A DNA stretch of 64,000 nucleotides from Eledone cirrhosa (Eukaryota): NCBI GenBank assembly GCA_964016885.1, contig OZ024742.1, positions 64,418,001 through 64,482,000 on the forward strand, in the 5' to 3' direction. This document shows positions 36,765 through 51,072 of this stretch, piece after piece. Every line of letters starts with the position of its first letter. Positions within the stretch are counted from its first letter, which is position 1. The position numbers and the translations under genes were made by a program. The notes under the pieces are model-generated. The model ran no database searches. It worked only from the letters and a program-made list of their open reading frames with translations, and was not told where the DNA came from.

Positions 36765-38060
36765 AAGTACTCAGATGTGTGGTTAGGATCTTTAGTTTTA
36801 TGTTAGCTATTGAGCCCTTGTGTTCTAGTTTGGCATGTTGGTATAGCACTGATGAGCTTTTCTCTCCCTTAAGTTCTTGCCAGTGTTCCTTTAATCTCTC
36901 TCCTATACTATGGGCTATCACTCCAGTGTATGTCATTGTCTTGTTTCTGCATTGTCCCTCTGTACACCTTATCCTATAGACTACATTTCTAGCTTTGCAG
37001 TTTATCTGTGGGCTTATCTTACAGACTATAGTTTCTTTCAGTATAGGGGGTATATCTTAATGATCCAGGAATTAATGGTAGCTTCTGGTTATTCTACTAC
37101 TTTAATACTAAGGTTCCTTTTGTCTAAAGCTTTTCTAAAATAATTGTTTCTACTTTTGGCACAAGGCCAGCAATTACCCAGTGTATTACTGGTACTTTAT
37201 TTTATCGACCCCGTAAGGATGAAAGGCAAAGTTAACCTCGGCAGGATTTGAACTCAGAATGGCAAGGGCCGTAACTTTATGCATCAAAGCATGGCGTCCG
37301 ACCCTCTACCGATACTGCCAATACGCTAGTTTGCCTTTAGGGGATGCATCGACGAACATGACACTGGTATTTTTGGCTGTCATACCATGAGTTGGCTTTC
37401 CCTATCTTTTTCTCAGTCCTTTCTATGCTATTCCATGATTTGTTTTTGTATCATTCTCCATAATAGTTTTGAATTTAGCCATGGTTCCTTGTACACCCTG
37501 ATTCTGTCTCTTTGGTTATAACCATAGAACTGCATGCATTGGATAAAGTGCTGTATTTCTCATCACCTTTATCAAGTCTGCTATCAAGATATTGAACTTA
37601 GCACTATCTGAGATAACTGAGTTCCGGTGGATCAGGTATTTGGAGGCCATGGGTTTGATATAATTTGAATGGAAGATTTGGGCTTTATTGTTCCTAGTTT
37701 CTATCCAGAGTTCTGTATCTAACATGGTTAATCTATGGTTTGGGTGCTTAGTAGGGCGGTCTACTGTTACTTTAATGCTCTGGTGGTTGAGTTAGCTATT
37801 TGCTGGATGCTCACCATGCACCATGCTAGCTTCTGGTTTTGGTTCATTGGTACTCTCTTGTGGGGTAGTTTTAACCACTATATTGATATCGTCAAGATAG
37901 TAAGAATACATGGCTATAGAATTCTCAGCTAAGTGTTCTTTGAATCTCCTGTCCCACCACACCACGAACAGATTGGCCACATCATCAGTGATGCTGATGC
38001 CAATACCTGCTCCCTCTTCTTGGGTGTATGTTTTATTATATTTTATTTTATATAAATACA
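36765..38060 (-). mobile_element. Decayed Penelope-like element (third lineage; RT + GIY-YIG) interrupted by a SINE
   Basis: YTQEEGAGIG...VANLFVVWWD, YYLDDINI, MLDTELWI...Y.KPMAS, then TYTG...SIGERLKEH...LYQHAK.EH. Confidence 0.75.
37141..37322 (-). mobile_element. Meta-like tRNA SINE
   Basis: Reverse complement of the 6317-6510 subfamily. Confidence 0.88.
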
Positions 38061-38269
38061 CACTGTAAATGTGGTGTGGTTGGTGTTAGGAAGGACATCC
38101 AGCCAGAGAAACTAAGCCAAAATCAGTTCTGTATGAGCAAGAGACAGTCATCTGATCTGACTTGTCTCACAACAGGACAACTCATCTAACTCGTGCTAGC
38201 ATGGAAAAATAGATGTTAAATGGTGATGATAATAATGATGATGATGATGATGATAATGATATATATATA

Positions 38270-38569
38270 TAAAATACAATATGTTGAAAGGGTAACACAC
38301 TAGAGAGAGAGAGAGAGTATGTGTGTGCCATCAATAAAACAGGGGAGCCACCAGTGTATGGAATCTATAACCTATGGAAGGCGGGGTAGACACACAATAA
38401 TTAAAAATATAAATTAAAATGTATATACGCACCTCTATAACTATATAACAGACGCGTACAAATCCAGGTTATAGATTCCATATACTGTTGGCTCCCCTGT
38501 TTTATTGCTTGCACACACTCTCTCTCTCTCTCTCTCTAGTCTGTTACCCTTTCAACATATTGTATTTTA
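38270..38569. repeat. Inverted repeat, about 104-bp arms, 92-nt spacer
   Basis: 38270-38373 is reverse-complementary to 38466-38569. Confidence 0.88.
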
Positions 38570-38645
38570 AAGAGCTCAGGATTCCTTTTCCTTTGAGCAC
38601 ATTATTTACAGGAAATAACGAGAGTCTATGGCTCCGTTAATTTAT

Positions 38646-38695
<50 letters not shown>

Positions 38696-38811
38696 ATATA
38701 TATTTATATATGTATATATATATGTATATATATATATATGTATATATATATGTATATATATGTATATATATATGTATATATATATATATATATATACATA
38801 TATATATGTAT

Positions 38812-39642
38812 GTTGTTTGCAGGAGAGGAGATTGCGTTGGTATGGATATATGATGTGTATGAAGGATGACAGCTGTATAAAAAGGAGCAAAGCGCTCAAA
38901 GTTGACGGTAGCCATGGAGAAGATAGACATAGGAAGACTTGGGATGAGGTAATAAGAACTGACTTTGCTCAATTAAACCTCACTAAGGTGATGACGCAAG
39001 ACCGTGACCTCTGGCACTATGAAGTATTACAGAAGACCCGCCCTCTATTATTCTCGGGCTGAGGCATATACCTAGTAGGCAACGCCATTCCCTACGATCT
39101 CTCCTCCCATAAAACTCCATTCCTCAAAGCATCTTCCCCACCCCTCCCAAGTTTCCAACCTCCGCTCTAAATTGACTCCCCCCCTCCTGGAGCCACGACA
39201 AAAGAGCCCAGTCCACATTATAGTGGTCATGTAGGTGTCATGACAAAAGCGAGCGCCCAATCCACACTGCAAAGTGGTCGTGTAGGTGTCATGACAAAAA
39301 GCACCCAGTACTCACTGTGATGTGGTCATGTAGGTGTCACAATAAAAAAACACACAGTCTACATTGTGAAGTGGTTGTGTGGGTGTCATGACTAAAAGCA
39401 CCCAGTCCATGCTTTAAAGTGGTTGTGTAGGCGACATGGCAAAAAGCATCTAGCACACACTGTAAATGTGGTTGGCATTAGAAAGGGCATCCAGCCGTAA
39501 AACCAAGCCAAAAATCAGTTCTGTGTGAGAAAATCACTGTCCCCTGATCTGATCCCTTACAAAGGGACAGCTCGTCCTACCCATGCTAGCATAGAAGATG
39601 GACTTTAAACAATGATAATGATGATGATGATGATGATGATGA
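38812..39642 (+). mobile_element. RTE 3' fragment with an expanded internal UTR repeat
   Basis: QERRLRWYG...RKTWDEVI...DRDLW; UTR with about 5 tandem copies of a roughly 48-bp unit; (GAT)n tail. Confidence 0.85.
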
Positions 39643-40092
39643 TAGTTTACAAAAGACCATTTTCAAATAAAAAACAGTTATGGGTAGGTGAAGAAAATAT
39701 TACAGCTCAAAATATGAGATTTATTACAATAAACTATTCAGAAGGTTAACTACAATTCTGTTTGACTTGTATTCTCTTTTTATTAATTCTGATGATTCCA
39801 ATTTTTTGTTCATAGAATTAATTAAGTAATAATTTATTATATATCTGCTTAAGATGTGGAGGAAATGTGCATTAATTATGAAAATGCAATATAATTAACT
39901 GTTTTGGTCTTATTTATCATTGTAGTATATACATATATATATATATTTATATATACGTATATATGTATGTAGGTAGGTATGTATGCACATACATAAGTTA
40001 TGCTATAAATACCTTTCTGCATATTCACTTCCTGTGCCATTTGAACATATGTTATTTATTTCATAAAATCCAATTTACTTTCTCATAATAAT

Positions 40093-40277
40093 TGTTTCTA
40101 CTTTAGGCACAAGGCCAGCAATTACCCAGTGCATTACTGGTACTTTATTTTATCGACCCCGTAAGGATGAAAGGCAAAGTCAACCTCGGCGGAATTTGAA
40201 CTCAGATCGTAAAGGGACGTAACTATGCTGGAAAGCATGGCGTCCGACCCTCTACCGATACTGCCAATCCACCGCCC
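40093..40277 (-). mobile_element. Full-length Meta-like tRNA SINE with 18-bp TSD
   Basis: TSD TTACTTTCTCATAATAAT at 40075-40092 and 40278-40295. Confidence 0.92.
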
Positions 40278-40311
40278 TTACTTTCTCATAATAATGCTCC
40301 TGTTTTAGTAA

Positions 40312-40535
40312 CCACCATGTTACACCAAGTCACACCTGTGTCACAACCCCACTATATGTTACAGAGAGTGACACTTGTGTTACAATCCCATCATGTTACA
40401 CCAAGTTACACCTGTGTCACAATCCTACCATGTTACACCAAGTCACACCTGTGTTGCAATCTTGCCATGTTACACCAACTGTCACCTATGACACAATCCT
40501 ATCATGTTACACCACCTGATACCTGGGTCACAATT
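40312..40535. repeat. About 38-bp minisatellite (CCATGTTACACCAAGTCACACCTGTGTCACAATCC..)n, about 6 copies
   Basis: Direct periodicity. Confidence 0.85.
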
Positions 40536-41109
40536 CACTGAATCTTGAAAAACTAACAAATTATCTGCCAAACCACATGGAATGTCTGTTGTAGCGACTC
40601 TAGAGAGTCTGCCATGTCCTTGACAAGACTAAAGAGATCTCTCTACCTTATAGTTCTTTCCATTTGATTATCAACTACTTTGCAGAATGTACTGGGTATG
40701 TTTTATCATAGCACCAGCACTAGAGAGGATGTCATGTCCTCAACGAGACTAAAGAGATCTCTCTACTCTACATTCTCATAGCTCAATCTTTACAAATAAA
40801 TAATTCTTCACCTAAACCAGAGCCTAATTGGTTTCCCAAGATGAGCTTCATATATACTTGATTCCATGCTGTAAAACCAAACAACTTTCACATAAATACA
40901 TATATTTTTATCTTTTCCTTGCAACTCAGTTTATTTCCACTTCAGCTAATTAACAAATATTTATTTTAACATTTCTTTCAGGTCATTCATTGTTGACATT
41001 CCACAGTTTATAGTGCAAATTGTCTTTGTTGCTGTTGCTGTCGCTGCTGTCGCTGCTGTTATTATTGTTGTTGTTATATTGCTGTTGATGTTGCAGTTGT
41101 TATGGTCGA

Positions 41110-41146
<37 letters not shown>

Positions 41147-41490
41147 CATCATAACCATTTTACATCTATTTCAATTTGTTGTTGCTGTTGCTATCATTGT
41201 TGTTGTTGTTGATGTTGTTGTTATTGTTGTTGTTGTTGATGTTGATGTTGTTGTTATTGTTGTTGTTGTTGTTATTGTTGTTGTTGTTGTTGTTGCAAAC
41301 AGTTTTTATGAAACACAAATAACTGAAATATTAAGATGTGACAGCTTAGTGATTGTATGTATGTGTGTGTGTGTGTGTATGTATGTATGTGAGTGTATGT
41401 ATGTATGTATTTATGTATGGATGTGTGTGTATGTATGTATGTATGTATGTATGGATGGATGTGTGTGTATGTATGTATGTATGTATGTAT

Positions 41491-42100
41491 GTCAGGTCAC
41501 CAGTTGGTGCTACTGGTAACATGTATCCCAGTACAACCTGTCTCATGGTCGGGTCGTTGGCGACTAAACTGGCAACCCCACCAAGTTTTCTTGGTGAGGA
41601 GGATGACTTTGGACATCCTGCAGGACTAAAAACAAACCCTGTCAAAGGGCAAAGGAGCTCTTAAGAGTCAATGGCCATCCAAAATCACCAGGAGAGATGA
41701 CCCCTTAGCCTTTGTCAAGGCAGAATTCTAGGAGAAGGAAAACTCTGATATAACACCTGCAACTCTGATGGTATCCAATGATGTTGACTTGTTCTTCTTT
41801 TGGTAAATATCATCTTGGTTAAGAGAGTGGGACTGGCTTTGTGCAGTACCTTTGCTCACTATAAAAGCTTCACGGCACAGGCATTGCTTTATATCTGGAG
41901 ATCTCTCTGCACTTGTCGTCACATGGTACCATGGGCCCAGCACTGTGTGTCAATAATTGTCACAGGTGTAGTGTTTGTACCAGAGTTTTCAAGTCGCTGG
42001 CTGGACTCAAAAGTCACACTCGTTCAGCGCATCGGTAGGGGTTCTCCTACATGGATATAAAGTAGTGGCCATACTCGAAAACAAGTTGGCAGCCACCATG
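41491..42100 (+). mobile_element. About 610-bp non-autonomous RTE-derived element, copy 2
   Basis: Same 5' and 3' ends as 10526-11165; inserted in (TATG)n. Confidence 0.75.
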
Positions 42101-42289
42101 TATGTATGCATATGTGCGTGTATGTTTGTATATATGTACATATGTATGGTGTATTGTAGAGTAGTATAGTGTGGTGTTGTGTAGTGCAGTGTAGTGAATA
42201 TATATATTTACTGTTTAATGATGAGTGAAAGCTGAGCATCCATAATCCTTTGATAAAGTTCCCCAAACCTAGTGGAAAGAGCTGATAGT

Positions 42290-45256
42290 TGTTATGGTGA
42301 TGGTGGTGATGGTGATGGTGGTGGTGGTGATGGTGGTGGTGGTGATGTTAGTGGTGGTGGTGGTGGTGATGGTGGTGGTGGTGATGGTGGTGATGGTGAT
42401 GGTGGTGATGGTGATGTTAGTGGTGGTGGTGGTGGTGATGGTGGTGGTGGTGATGGTGGTGATGGTCATGGTGGTGATGGTGGTGATGGTGATGGTGGTG
42501 ATGGTGGTGATGGTGATGGTGGTGATGGTGATGGTGGTGATGGTGATGGTGGTGATGGTGGTGATGGTGGTGATGGTGATGGTGGTGATGGTGGTGATGG
42601 TGATGGTGGTAATGGTGGTGATGGTGATGGTGGTGATGGTGATGGTGATGGTGGTGATGGTGATGGTGGTGATGGTGGTGGTGATGATAGTTGTGATGGT
42701 GATGGTGGTGATGGTAATGGTGGTGATGGTAATGGTGGTGATGGCAATGGTGGTGATGGTGGTGGTGGTGATGGTGGTGGTGATGGTGGTGACGGTGATG
42801 GTGGTGATGGTGATGGTGGTGATGGTGATGGTGGTGATGGTGATGGTGGTGATGGTAATGGTGGTGATGGTGATGGTGGTGATGGTAATGGTGGTGATGG
42901 TGATGGTGGTGATGGCAATGGTGGTGATGGCGATGGAGGTGCTGGTGATGGTGGTGATGGTGATGATGGTGATGGTGATGAATTTGATGGTGATGGTGGT
43001 GATGGTGATGATGGTGGTGATGGTGGTGATGGTGATGGTGGTGATGGCAGTGGTGGTGATGTTGGTGGTGGTGATGGTGGTGGTGATGGGGGTGATGGTG
43101 ATGGTGGTGATGGTGATGGTGGTGATGGTGATGGTGGTGATGAAGTTGATGGTGATGGTGATGGTGGTGATGGTGATGGTGGTGATGGTAATGGTGGTGA
43201 TGGTGATGGTGGTGATGGCAATGGTGGTGATGGCGATGGAGGTGCTGGTGATGGTGGTGATGGTGATGATGGTGATGGTGGTGATGGTGATGATGGTGGT
43301 GATGGTGGTGATGGTGATGGTGGTGATGGCAGTGGTGGTGATGTTGGTGGTGGTGATGGTGGTGGTGATGGGGGTGATGGTGATGGTGGTGATGGTGATG
43401 GTGGTGATGGTGATGGTGGTGATGAAGTTGATGGTGATGGTGATGGTGGTGATGGTGATGGTGGTGATGAAGTTGATGGTGATGGTGGTGGTGGTGTTGA
43501 TGGTGATGGTGATGGCAATGGTGGTGATGGTGGTGATGGTAATGGTGGTGATGGTGATGGTGGTGATGGTGATGGTGGTGGTGGTGATGGTGGTGATGGT
43601 GGTGATGGTGATGGCAATGGTGGTGATGGTGATGGCAATGGTGGTAATGGTGATGGTGGTGATGATGGTGATGGTGATGGTGGTGATGGTGGTGATGGTG
43701 GTGATGGCGGTGATGGTGATGGTGGTGATGGTGATGGTGATGGTGGTGATGCTGATGGTGATGAAGTTGATGGTGATGGTGATGGTGGTGATGGTGATGG
43801 TGGTGATGGCGGTGATGGTGATGGTTGTAATGGTGATGGTGATGGTGGCGATGGTGGTGATGGTGATGGTGATGAAGTTGATGGTGATGGTGATGATGGT
43901 GATGGTGGTGATGGTGATGGTGGTGATAGTGATGGTGGTGATGGTGGTGATGGCAATGGTGGTGATGGTGATGGTGGTGATGGTGGTGATGGTGATGGTG
44001 ATGATGGTGGTGGTGATGGTGGTGGTGGTGATGGCAATGGTGGTAATGGTGATGGTGGTGATGGTGATGGTGGTGATGGTGATGGTGATGGTGGTGATGG
44101 TGATGGTGATGGTGGTGATGGTGATGGTGGTGATGGTGATGGTGGTGATGGTGATGGTGGTGATGGTGATGGTCGTGATGGTGGTGGTGGTGATGGTAAT
44201 GGTCGTGATGGTGATGGTGGTGATGGTGATGGTGGTGATGGTGGTGATGGTGATGGTGGTGATGGTGGTGATGGTGATGGTAATGGTGGTGATGGTGATG
44301 GTGGTGATGGTGATGGTGGTGATGGTGATGGTGGTGATGGTGGTGATGGTGATGGTGATGGTGGTGATGGTGATGGTGATGGTGGTGATGGTGATGGTGG
44401 TGATGGTGATGGTGGTGATGGTGATGGTGGTGATGGTGATGGTCGTGATGGTGGTGGTGGTGATGGTAATGGTCGTGATGGTGATGGTGGTGATGGTGAT
44501 GGTGGTGATGGCGGTGATGGATGGTGGTGATGGTGGTGATGGTGATGGTGGTGATGGTAATGGTCGTGATGGTGATGGTGGTGATGGTGATGGTGGTGGT
44601 GGTGATGGTGGTGATGGTGATGGTGGTGATGGTAATGGTCGTGATGGTGATGGTGGTGATGGTGATGGTGGTGGTGGTGATGGCAATGGTGGTAATGGTA
44701 ATGGTGATGGTGATGGTGGTGATGGTGATGGTGATGGTGGTGATGGTGATGGTGGTGATGGCAATGGTGGTGATGGTGATGGTGATGGTGGTGATGGTGA
44801 TGGTAATGGTGATGGTGGTGATGGTGGTGATGGTGATGGTGATCGTGGTGATGGTGATGGTGATGGTGGTGATGGTGATGCTGGTGATGGTGATGGTGGT
44901 GATGGTAATGGTGGTGATGGTGATGGTGATCGTGGTGATGGTGATCGTGGTGATGGTGGTGGTGGTGATGGTAATGGTGATGGTGGTGATGGTGGTGATG
45001 GTGGTGGTGATGGTGATGCTGGTGATGGTGATGGTGGTGATGGTAATGGTGGTGATGGTGATGGTGATCGTGGTGATAGTGATGGTGGTGATGGTGGTGA
45101 TGGTAATGGTGGTGATGGTGGTGATGGCAATGGTGGTGATGGTGATGGTGGTGATGGTGATGGTGGTGATGGTGGTGATGGTGATGGTGGTGATGGTAAT
45201 GGTGGTGATGGTGATGGTGGTGATGGTGATGGTAGTGATGGCGATGGTGGTGGTTG

Positions 45257-45303
<47 letters not shown>

Positions 45304-45440
45304 GTGATGCTGGTGATGATGATAATGTTGATGTTGGCCATGGTGGTAATGATGGTGAAGATGTTGGTGATGATGATGCCAATGGTGGTGATGATGGTGA
45401 AGATGTTGGTGAGAATGATGATGATGATGATGATGATGAT
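42290..45440. repeat. 3.1-kb compound trinucleotide repeat (GGT/GAT)n
   Basis: Direct reading; explains the long low-complexity ORFs on both strands. Confidence 0.97.
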
Positions 45441-46759
45441 AAGAAGGAGAATGGAGAGATTCACATTAACTGTCAGCCTATGTAAAGAGGAGGGAGAGGA
45501 TGATGAAAGTGTTTGGTGTGCCAACAACACTGAACCACCATGCTAAACATTGTTAATAAAGGAGGAGACATCACTATCTAGTTTACAAAATATCCTCCAT
45601 ATGTTTCTATGGCAATTTAGTGGAGTGTATATTAATAAATAGGACAGGAAATTAAGATTTATAACAGTTAACTGGTTGAAATACTGTATACAAGTGTAAT
45701 ACTAAAATAACAAGTAACACACTCTAGGATAGCTAGGCACTGCTGTTTTGTCACTGAAATTCAGGTGTTACTGATGAGTCAATTAAGCTGCAACAAAGTG
45801 CTTGCTTTACTAGAAATAGTAGCCACATGTTTCTCAAACCACACCTATCTTCTTAAAAAAAGGACACACAAGATAATGCCACCACCACCACCTCCACCAC
45901 CACCATCATCAACATAGTTCTTATATCTGCTTTCCATGAGTTAGTGGGTTGTCACTGTCTGAGATCAGATATTTGCCATGGCTTTCTATAGCTAATGCCC
46001 TTCCTAACACCAACCACTTTACAGAGTGTACTGGGTGCATTTTTCAATTCAATGGAACCCTCACTACCACTTTACAGAGTGAAGTGGATGCAGAAAAAAT
46101 ACGAGATGGTTTTGGCTTGAATGACATTGAGAATAAATGGTTGGGCTGACATGTGGCTAAGTAATAACAATGACAGCAACAACTTGATACAATCATGTTG
46201 CTAGAATAGATGAGCTCTACAAGGTGTCCAAGAAACAATATATCACATGATGGAGTCCTTACAGCTTAATCAGGAGTTCAGATTGCATGTGAGGATGATG
46301 TCACATCTACACCTCATTAATTATCCACACAGATAGATGATATATATATTGAGCTATATCGGCGTTGTTATCGTCAACTCCGTCGCCGCCGCCACCTCCG
46401 TCGTCGTCACCTCCGTCGCCGCCGTCGTCGTCGTCAATCAACGTTTTAACATTGCTTTCTCTGCTAGCAAGGGTTGGACAGGTCTACATAGACCAAGTCA
46501 GTACTGAAGCAGGGCTACTGACCTCCCAGACAGGTCAGGGATCTGAATCTCTCTTACATACAGTCTTATGTTCTACCAAGTGCACAGGAGAGGGCGTTAG
46601 GTCTTTGATACAACTGAAGGGTCCTCCCAACCCTTTGTTTAGCAAGCTTTCTATGGCTGAATGCTCTTTCTTTTACCAACCACTTTACGGTGTGTACTGG
46701 GTGCATTTATCATGTAGATCACTGACACTAGGGAGGCTATCATGTCCTTGTGCTCTATA

Positions 46760-46976
46760 TACTGAGCTATATATACTGAGTGATATATATTGAGGTATAT
46801 TTATTGAGCTATACATATATTAAGCTATATATATATTGAGCTATGTATATTGAGCTATGTATATTGAGCAATGTATATTGAGCTATATATATTTTGGATT
46901 AAGCCTATTGAGCTATATATATATATTGAGCTACATATCCTGAGCTGCATATATTGAACTATGTACACTCAGCTAT
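46760..46976. repeat. Degenerate about 14-bp minisatellite (TGAGCTATGTATAT)n
   Basis: Direct periodicity. Confidence 0.8.
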
Positions 46977-46994
46977 GAAATGTCTTGAGACACT

Positions 46995-47216
46995 TTAACC
47001 CTTTACCATTATTCTATATTTACTATAGTATTATCTCAGTAAAGGCTTTATACTTCACATAATTATCTCACATATCAAATCTATGAGATTTTGATATTAT
47101 AAATTTTGAGAACAGTACCACAACATTGGTATGAGTAGCTGGTTACAGCCAGTTTGAACAGAAAGAGGTGAGAAAATTCTGGATGGATATGGCCGGTTTA
47201 AATGCTAAAGGGTTAA
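46995..47216. mobile_element. piggyBac-type MITE (family 1, reverse orientation; partial copy also at about 48150-48316)
   Basis: TTAACCCTTTA...TAAAGGGTTAA. Confidence 0.8.
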
Positions 47217-49502
47217 AGATATATTCATGTACTCTTTTAAAATTTAATTTTGCAACATTTGGAAGAGCAGCATCCAGCTGCAGAAACAATGCTCCTAATG
47301 GCATGTATGGGAAGTATATGGTCTCTGATCTGTCTAGGAGGGCAGCAATTTCAAAGAAGAACTGACTTAATTCATGACAACCTATATAAGTGCCTATGCA
47401 ATAGGGAGTAGATGTAAAATGTATAAGAAGTAGAAGTAAAAATGAGGATAAGGCTGCTGTTGCTACTGTTAATGGTGATGATGATAATGATGTTGATGAT
47501 GATGATAGCTGTAGTTGTGGTGATGGTATGGGGGATGACAATAATTATTTCTAACATTAACACAAGGCCAGTAAGGGAAAGGGAAAATCGATTATATCAA
47601 CCCAGTACTTAACTGGTGCTTTATTCTATTGACCCCCGAAAGATGAAAGAAAAGCTGACCATGGCAAGATTTGAACTTAGAAAGGGCATCCAGCCATAGA
47701 AACCAAGCCAGAAACAGTTCTGTATGAGCAAGACACGGTCACCTGATCTGACTTGTCTCACACCGGGACTAATCATCTAACCCATGCTAGCTTGAAAATG
47801 GACATTAAATTATGATAATGATGGAGTAATTGACATTTGGAGTAATTCGCATAAACACTAACCAGACACATATATATATATACATGCACACACTTCATGT
47901 CAATCTTCCTTACAGTTTCTGTCTACTAAATTTATTTGAAAGCATTGATTCACTTGGGGATATAGTAGAACGCACATGCTCAAAGTGCTCTGTTGTATGA
48001 CTGAACCTGAAATCACATGATTATGAAGCAAATGTCTTCACAAACTATTTAAAACTATTTGTTAAAAGTCAAAAAAAATGAAATGTCTGTGATGAGTTAT
48101 TTTTGATACAATTATATTTCATTTCTGATAGTCCATATTGTATTTTCATGGTAAACACTTTACCTCACATAATATTGAATCTACAAGATTTTGATATTAT
48201 ATATTTTGAGAACAATACCTTAACATATGTATGAGCAGCCAGTTATGACCGGTTTGAATAGAAAGAGATGAGAGGATTCTGGCCGGATATGGCTGGTTTA
48301 AAAGCTAAAGAGTTCAAGAAGTTGTCATGTCTTTGACATATCTTCTATGTTGTCTCCATTTGATCATTAATCACTTTATAGAGTGCACTAGGCGCATTTT
48401 ACTATGGTGCCAATATTAGAGAGGTTGTTATGTTCTCAAAAAAAGGAAAGTCCTCTCCACTCTACACTATCTTCGTTCAATCATGAGTTCAATACAGAGT
48501 TCACTGAGTGCATTTTACCCTGGCACCGTGTTATGTTGTCCTCAACATGTCCTCTCTACTCAGCATTGATTCTGTTTCATCAACAACTTTACAGTGTATT
48601 GGGTACATTTTATCATGGCACCAGCACTAAAGAGGTTGTTATGCCTTTGACAATGCTAAAGAGTACTATCTACAGTATATTATCTCCATTTGATTTCCAA
48701 CCACTTTATGAAGTGTACTGGTTGTATGTTACAGTGCAGTTTATCATGACACCATCATCATCATTTAATGTCCATCTTCCCTGTTAGCAAGAGTTAGATA
48801 GGTCTTCACAGACCAGTCAATACTCAAGTGGAAATACTGACCTCTCAGATGCTTACATACATTCCCACACTCTACAGAATGCCTTTTATGAAGGCAACAG
48901 CACTAGTGAGGTTGTCATGTCTTATTGTGAGATACTATTTTAATCATTTTGATACCAACCTGTTTGAGAGCACACCTGGTTCTTCCATATAAAATTGTCC
49001 TTAACTATCCATTTTAAAAGAAACATTTTGTTAAGTCCGAATTAAATGTTGACATTATTGTTACTTTATTAAGTCCTTCCCAATTTTGGTTATTTAAAAA
49101 ATTACATATATGACAAATATACTAGATTTACAAAATATTAATAAAGTGTCAGAAAGAAGATAAAAAGGAAAAGGCATACACACTCAGAAATATTGGTGTC
49201 GCCTTCTGAAAATGTGTGAGGCAAGTCAAAACATTCATGGTATATGTATGTAATAGCGAGGCTAAGGTGTCATAATAACCAAGCATGTTCCCTCTATTTC
49301 ACACAGCAGGGAATGTTGGTGTCACGTTCTTAAAATGTTTGAAGCAAGCCAAGAAACTCAAGGTATTATGGCGGATGATGTCCAACCCAATTTAAGCATG
49401 AAAAACAGAAGTAGAATGAGGACGAGGATGATGACGATGGTGAGGCTAAGCTGCTGAATAGTGAAGCACCTTCACGAGCATCATCTGACACTATTAAATG
49501 AT

Positions 49503-49680
49503 GGCAGTATCGGCAGAGGGTCGGACGCCATGCTTTGACACATAGAGTTACGGCCCTTGCCATTCTGAGTTCAAAACCCGCCGAGGTTAACTTTGCCTTT
49601 CATCCTTACGGGGTCGATAAAATAAAGTACCAGTAATACACTGAGTAATTGCTGGCCTTGTGCCAAAAGTAGAAACAATT
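49503..49680 (+). mobile_element. Meta-like tRNA SINE
   Basis: Same as the 6317 subfamily; flanking ATTAAATGAT duplication. Confidence 0.88.
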
Positions 49681-50066
49681 AAATGATAAATAAAAAAAAC
49701 TTTGGTAGTGTATTTCAATAACAATACAGTAATGAAAGGATTAAAGAAATACATTTATGACATTTTCTTTCTATATATTTATTGTGTTTGCTATTTATAC
49801 TGATTATACATACACCCATGTATGCATACGATATTTACTGATTACTCTGATGTTTTGAGTTACCTCCCTTTGAACTCTAATATTATTTATTATATTTAAA
49901 ATATTCAGTGCAAAACTGCATTGCAATAGTCTATTGATCGGCGAAGGCTCTCTCGTGTCTGTTATTTATGTCTATCTTATAAGGTATAATACACACATAT
50001 ATATATATATAAACACACATATATATATATATATATAAACACACACACATATATATATATATATAA

Positions 50067-50107
<41 letters not shown>

Positions 50108-51072
50108 AACACATTACATCTTTGACTGCTGTCTCCTGTTTGACGTGTGTGTATATATTTATAAACCTAAAGCAGTGTATTTTTTTGGCTATTTTGCTTT
50201 TATTTTGTCTCATTGCTAAGAAGACACCTCTACCTCACGTAAACCGCTTAAAATAAACTGCAAGCAATCGACAGTACCATAGCAAGCTGTTGTGTTTATG
50301 TCTATATATGTGTGTTTATGTTTATGAGTGTCTGTGTGTGTGTTTTGTGTGTAAGGCAATGAACCAAACAAGAACGAAACCAAACTATACATCGCCGCCA
50401 CCACCACCACTATCCCCAGAAGAAGAAATGTGTATCATATTGCCGAAAGAGAGATGTTTAGCATGTGTTAGCATGCAACACTGATCTCATTAACTTGTGT
50501 TGATATTGTCGACAGTATTTTTTACCAACTATTACCAATCGACAGTTAGGATTCTCAAATATTTTGATGGATCTGCAAAACACTGCGTTTGAGACGTTCG
50601 TGGGAGCTGGGCGGCTGTCTACCAAATTCTTGTCATTGGTGGCTGCTCACCATACTTTATGTGTCTGATGAAGGTGCTTTGGTTATTCCAGCGTCATGGC
50701 CTCGCTATAACCCGGCTTTACTGAAGTATCTCGCTCGTGATGCCTCTGGTAAGGGTGCTTAATTATTCCAGTGTCTTAGCCTCGCCATCACTCGGATTTA
50801 TTGAATTATGTGATGATGTTACTTAGTTATTCCTGCATCTTTGCCTCGCTATTACCTGCAGCAATATCGTGTGTTGGCTCAAAAATTATTAGAAGGCAAC
50901 TCCAGCGCCCCTTGTGGTATGTGATTGACAATGAGGGCTTTTTCCCCCTCTATTCTATAAATTGTGTTTATTTATATGCATTCGGTTAAAATAGTCTTTT
51001 ATGAGAGATATTAAAACTAACTTAGTTGTTTGTTATTTTGGTGGTTTAACTTTGATAAAAAAAAACTATCAC

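Noticed and set aside
42269-45546. ORFs of 340-1060 aa (poly-His, Gly-Asp, Ser-Pro/Thr-Ile, Met-Val)
   Set aside because: Artefacts of a stop-free trinucleotide repeat open in several frames on both strands; no splice or domain evidence
50902-50917. CTCF-like site CAGCGCCCCTTGTGG
   Set aside because: One base short of the core spacing, and a single weak match
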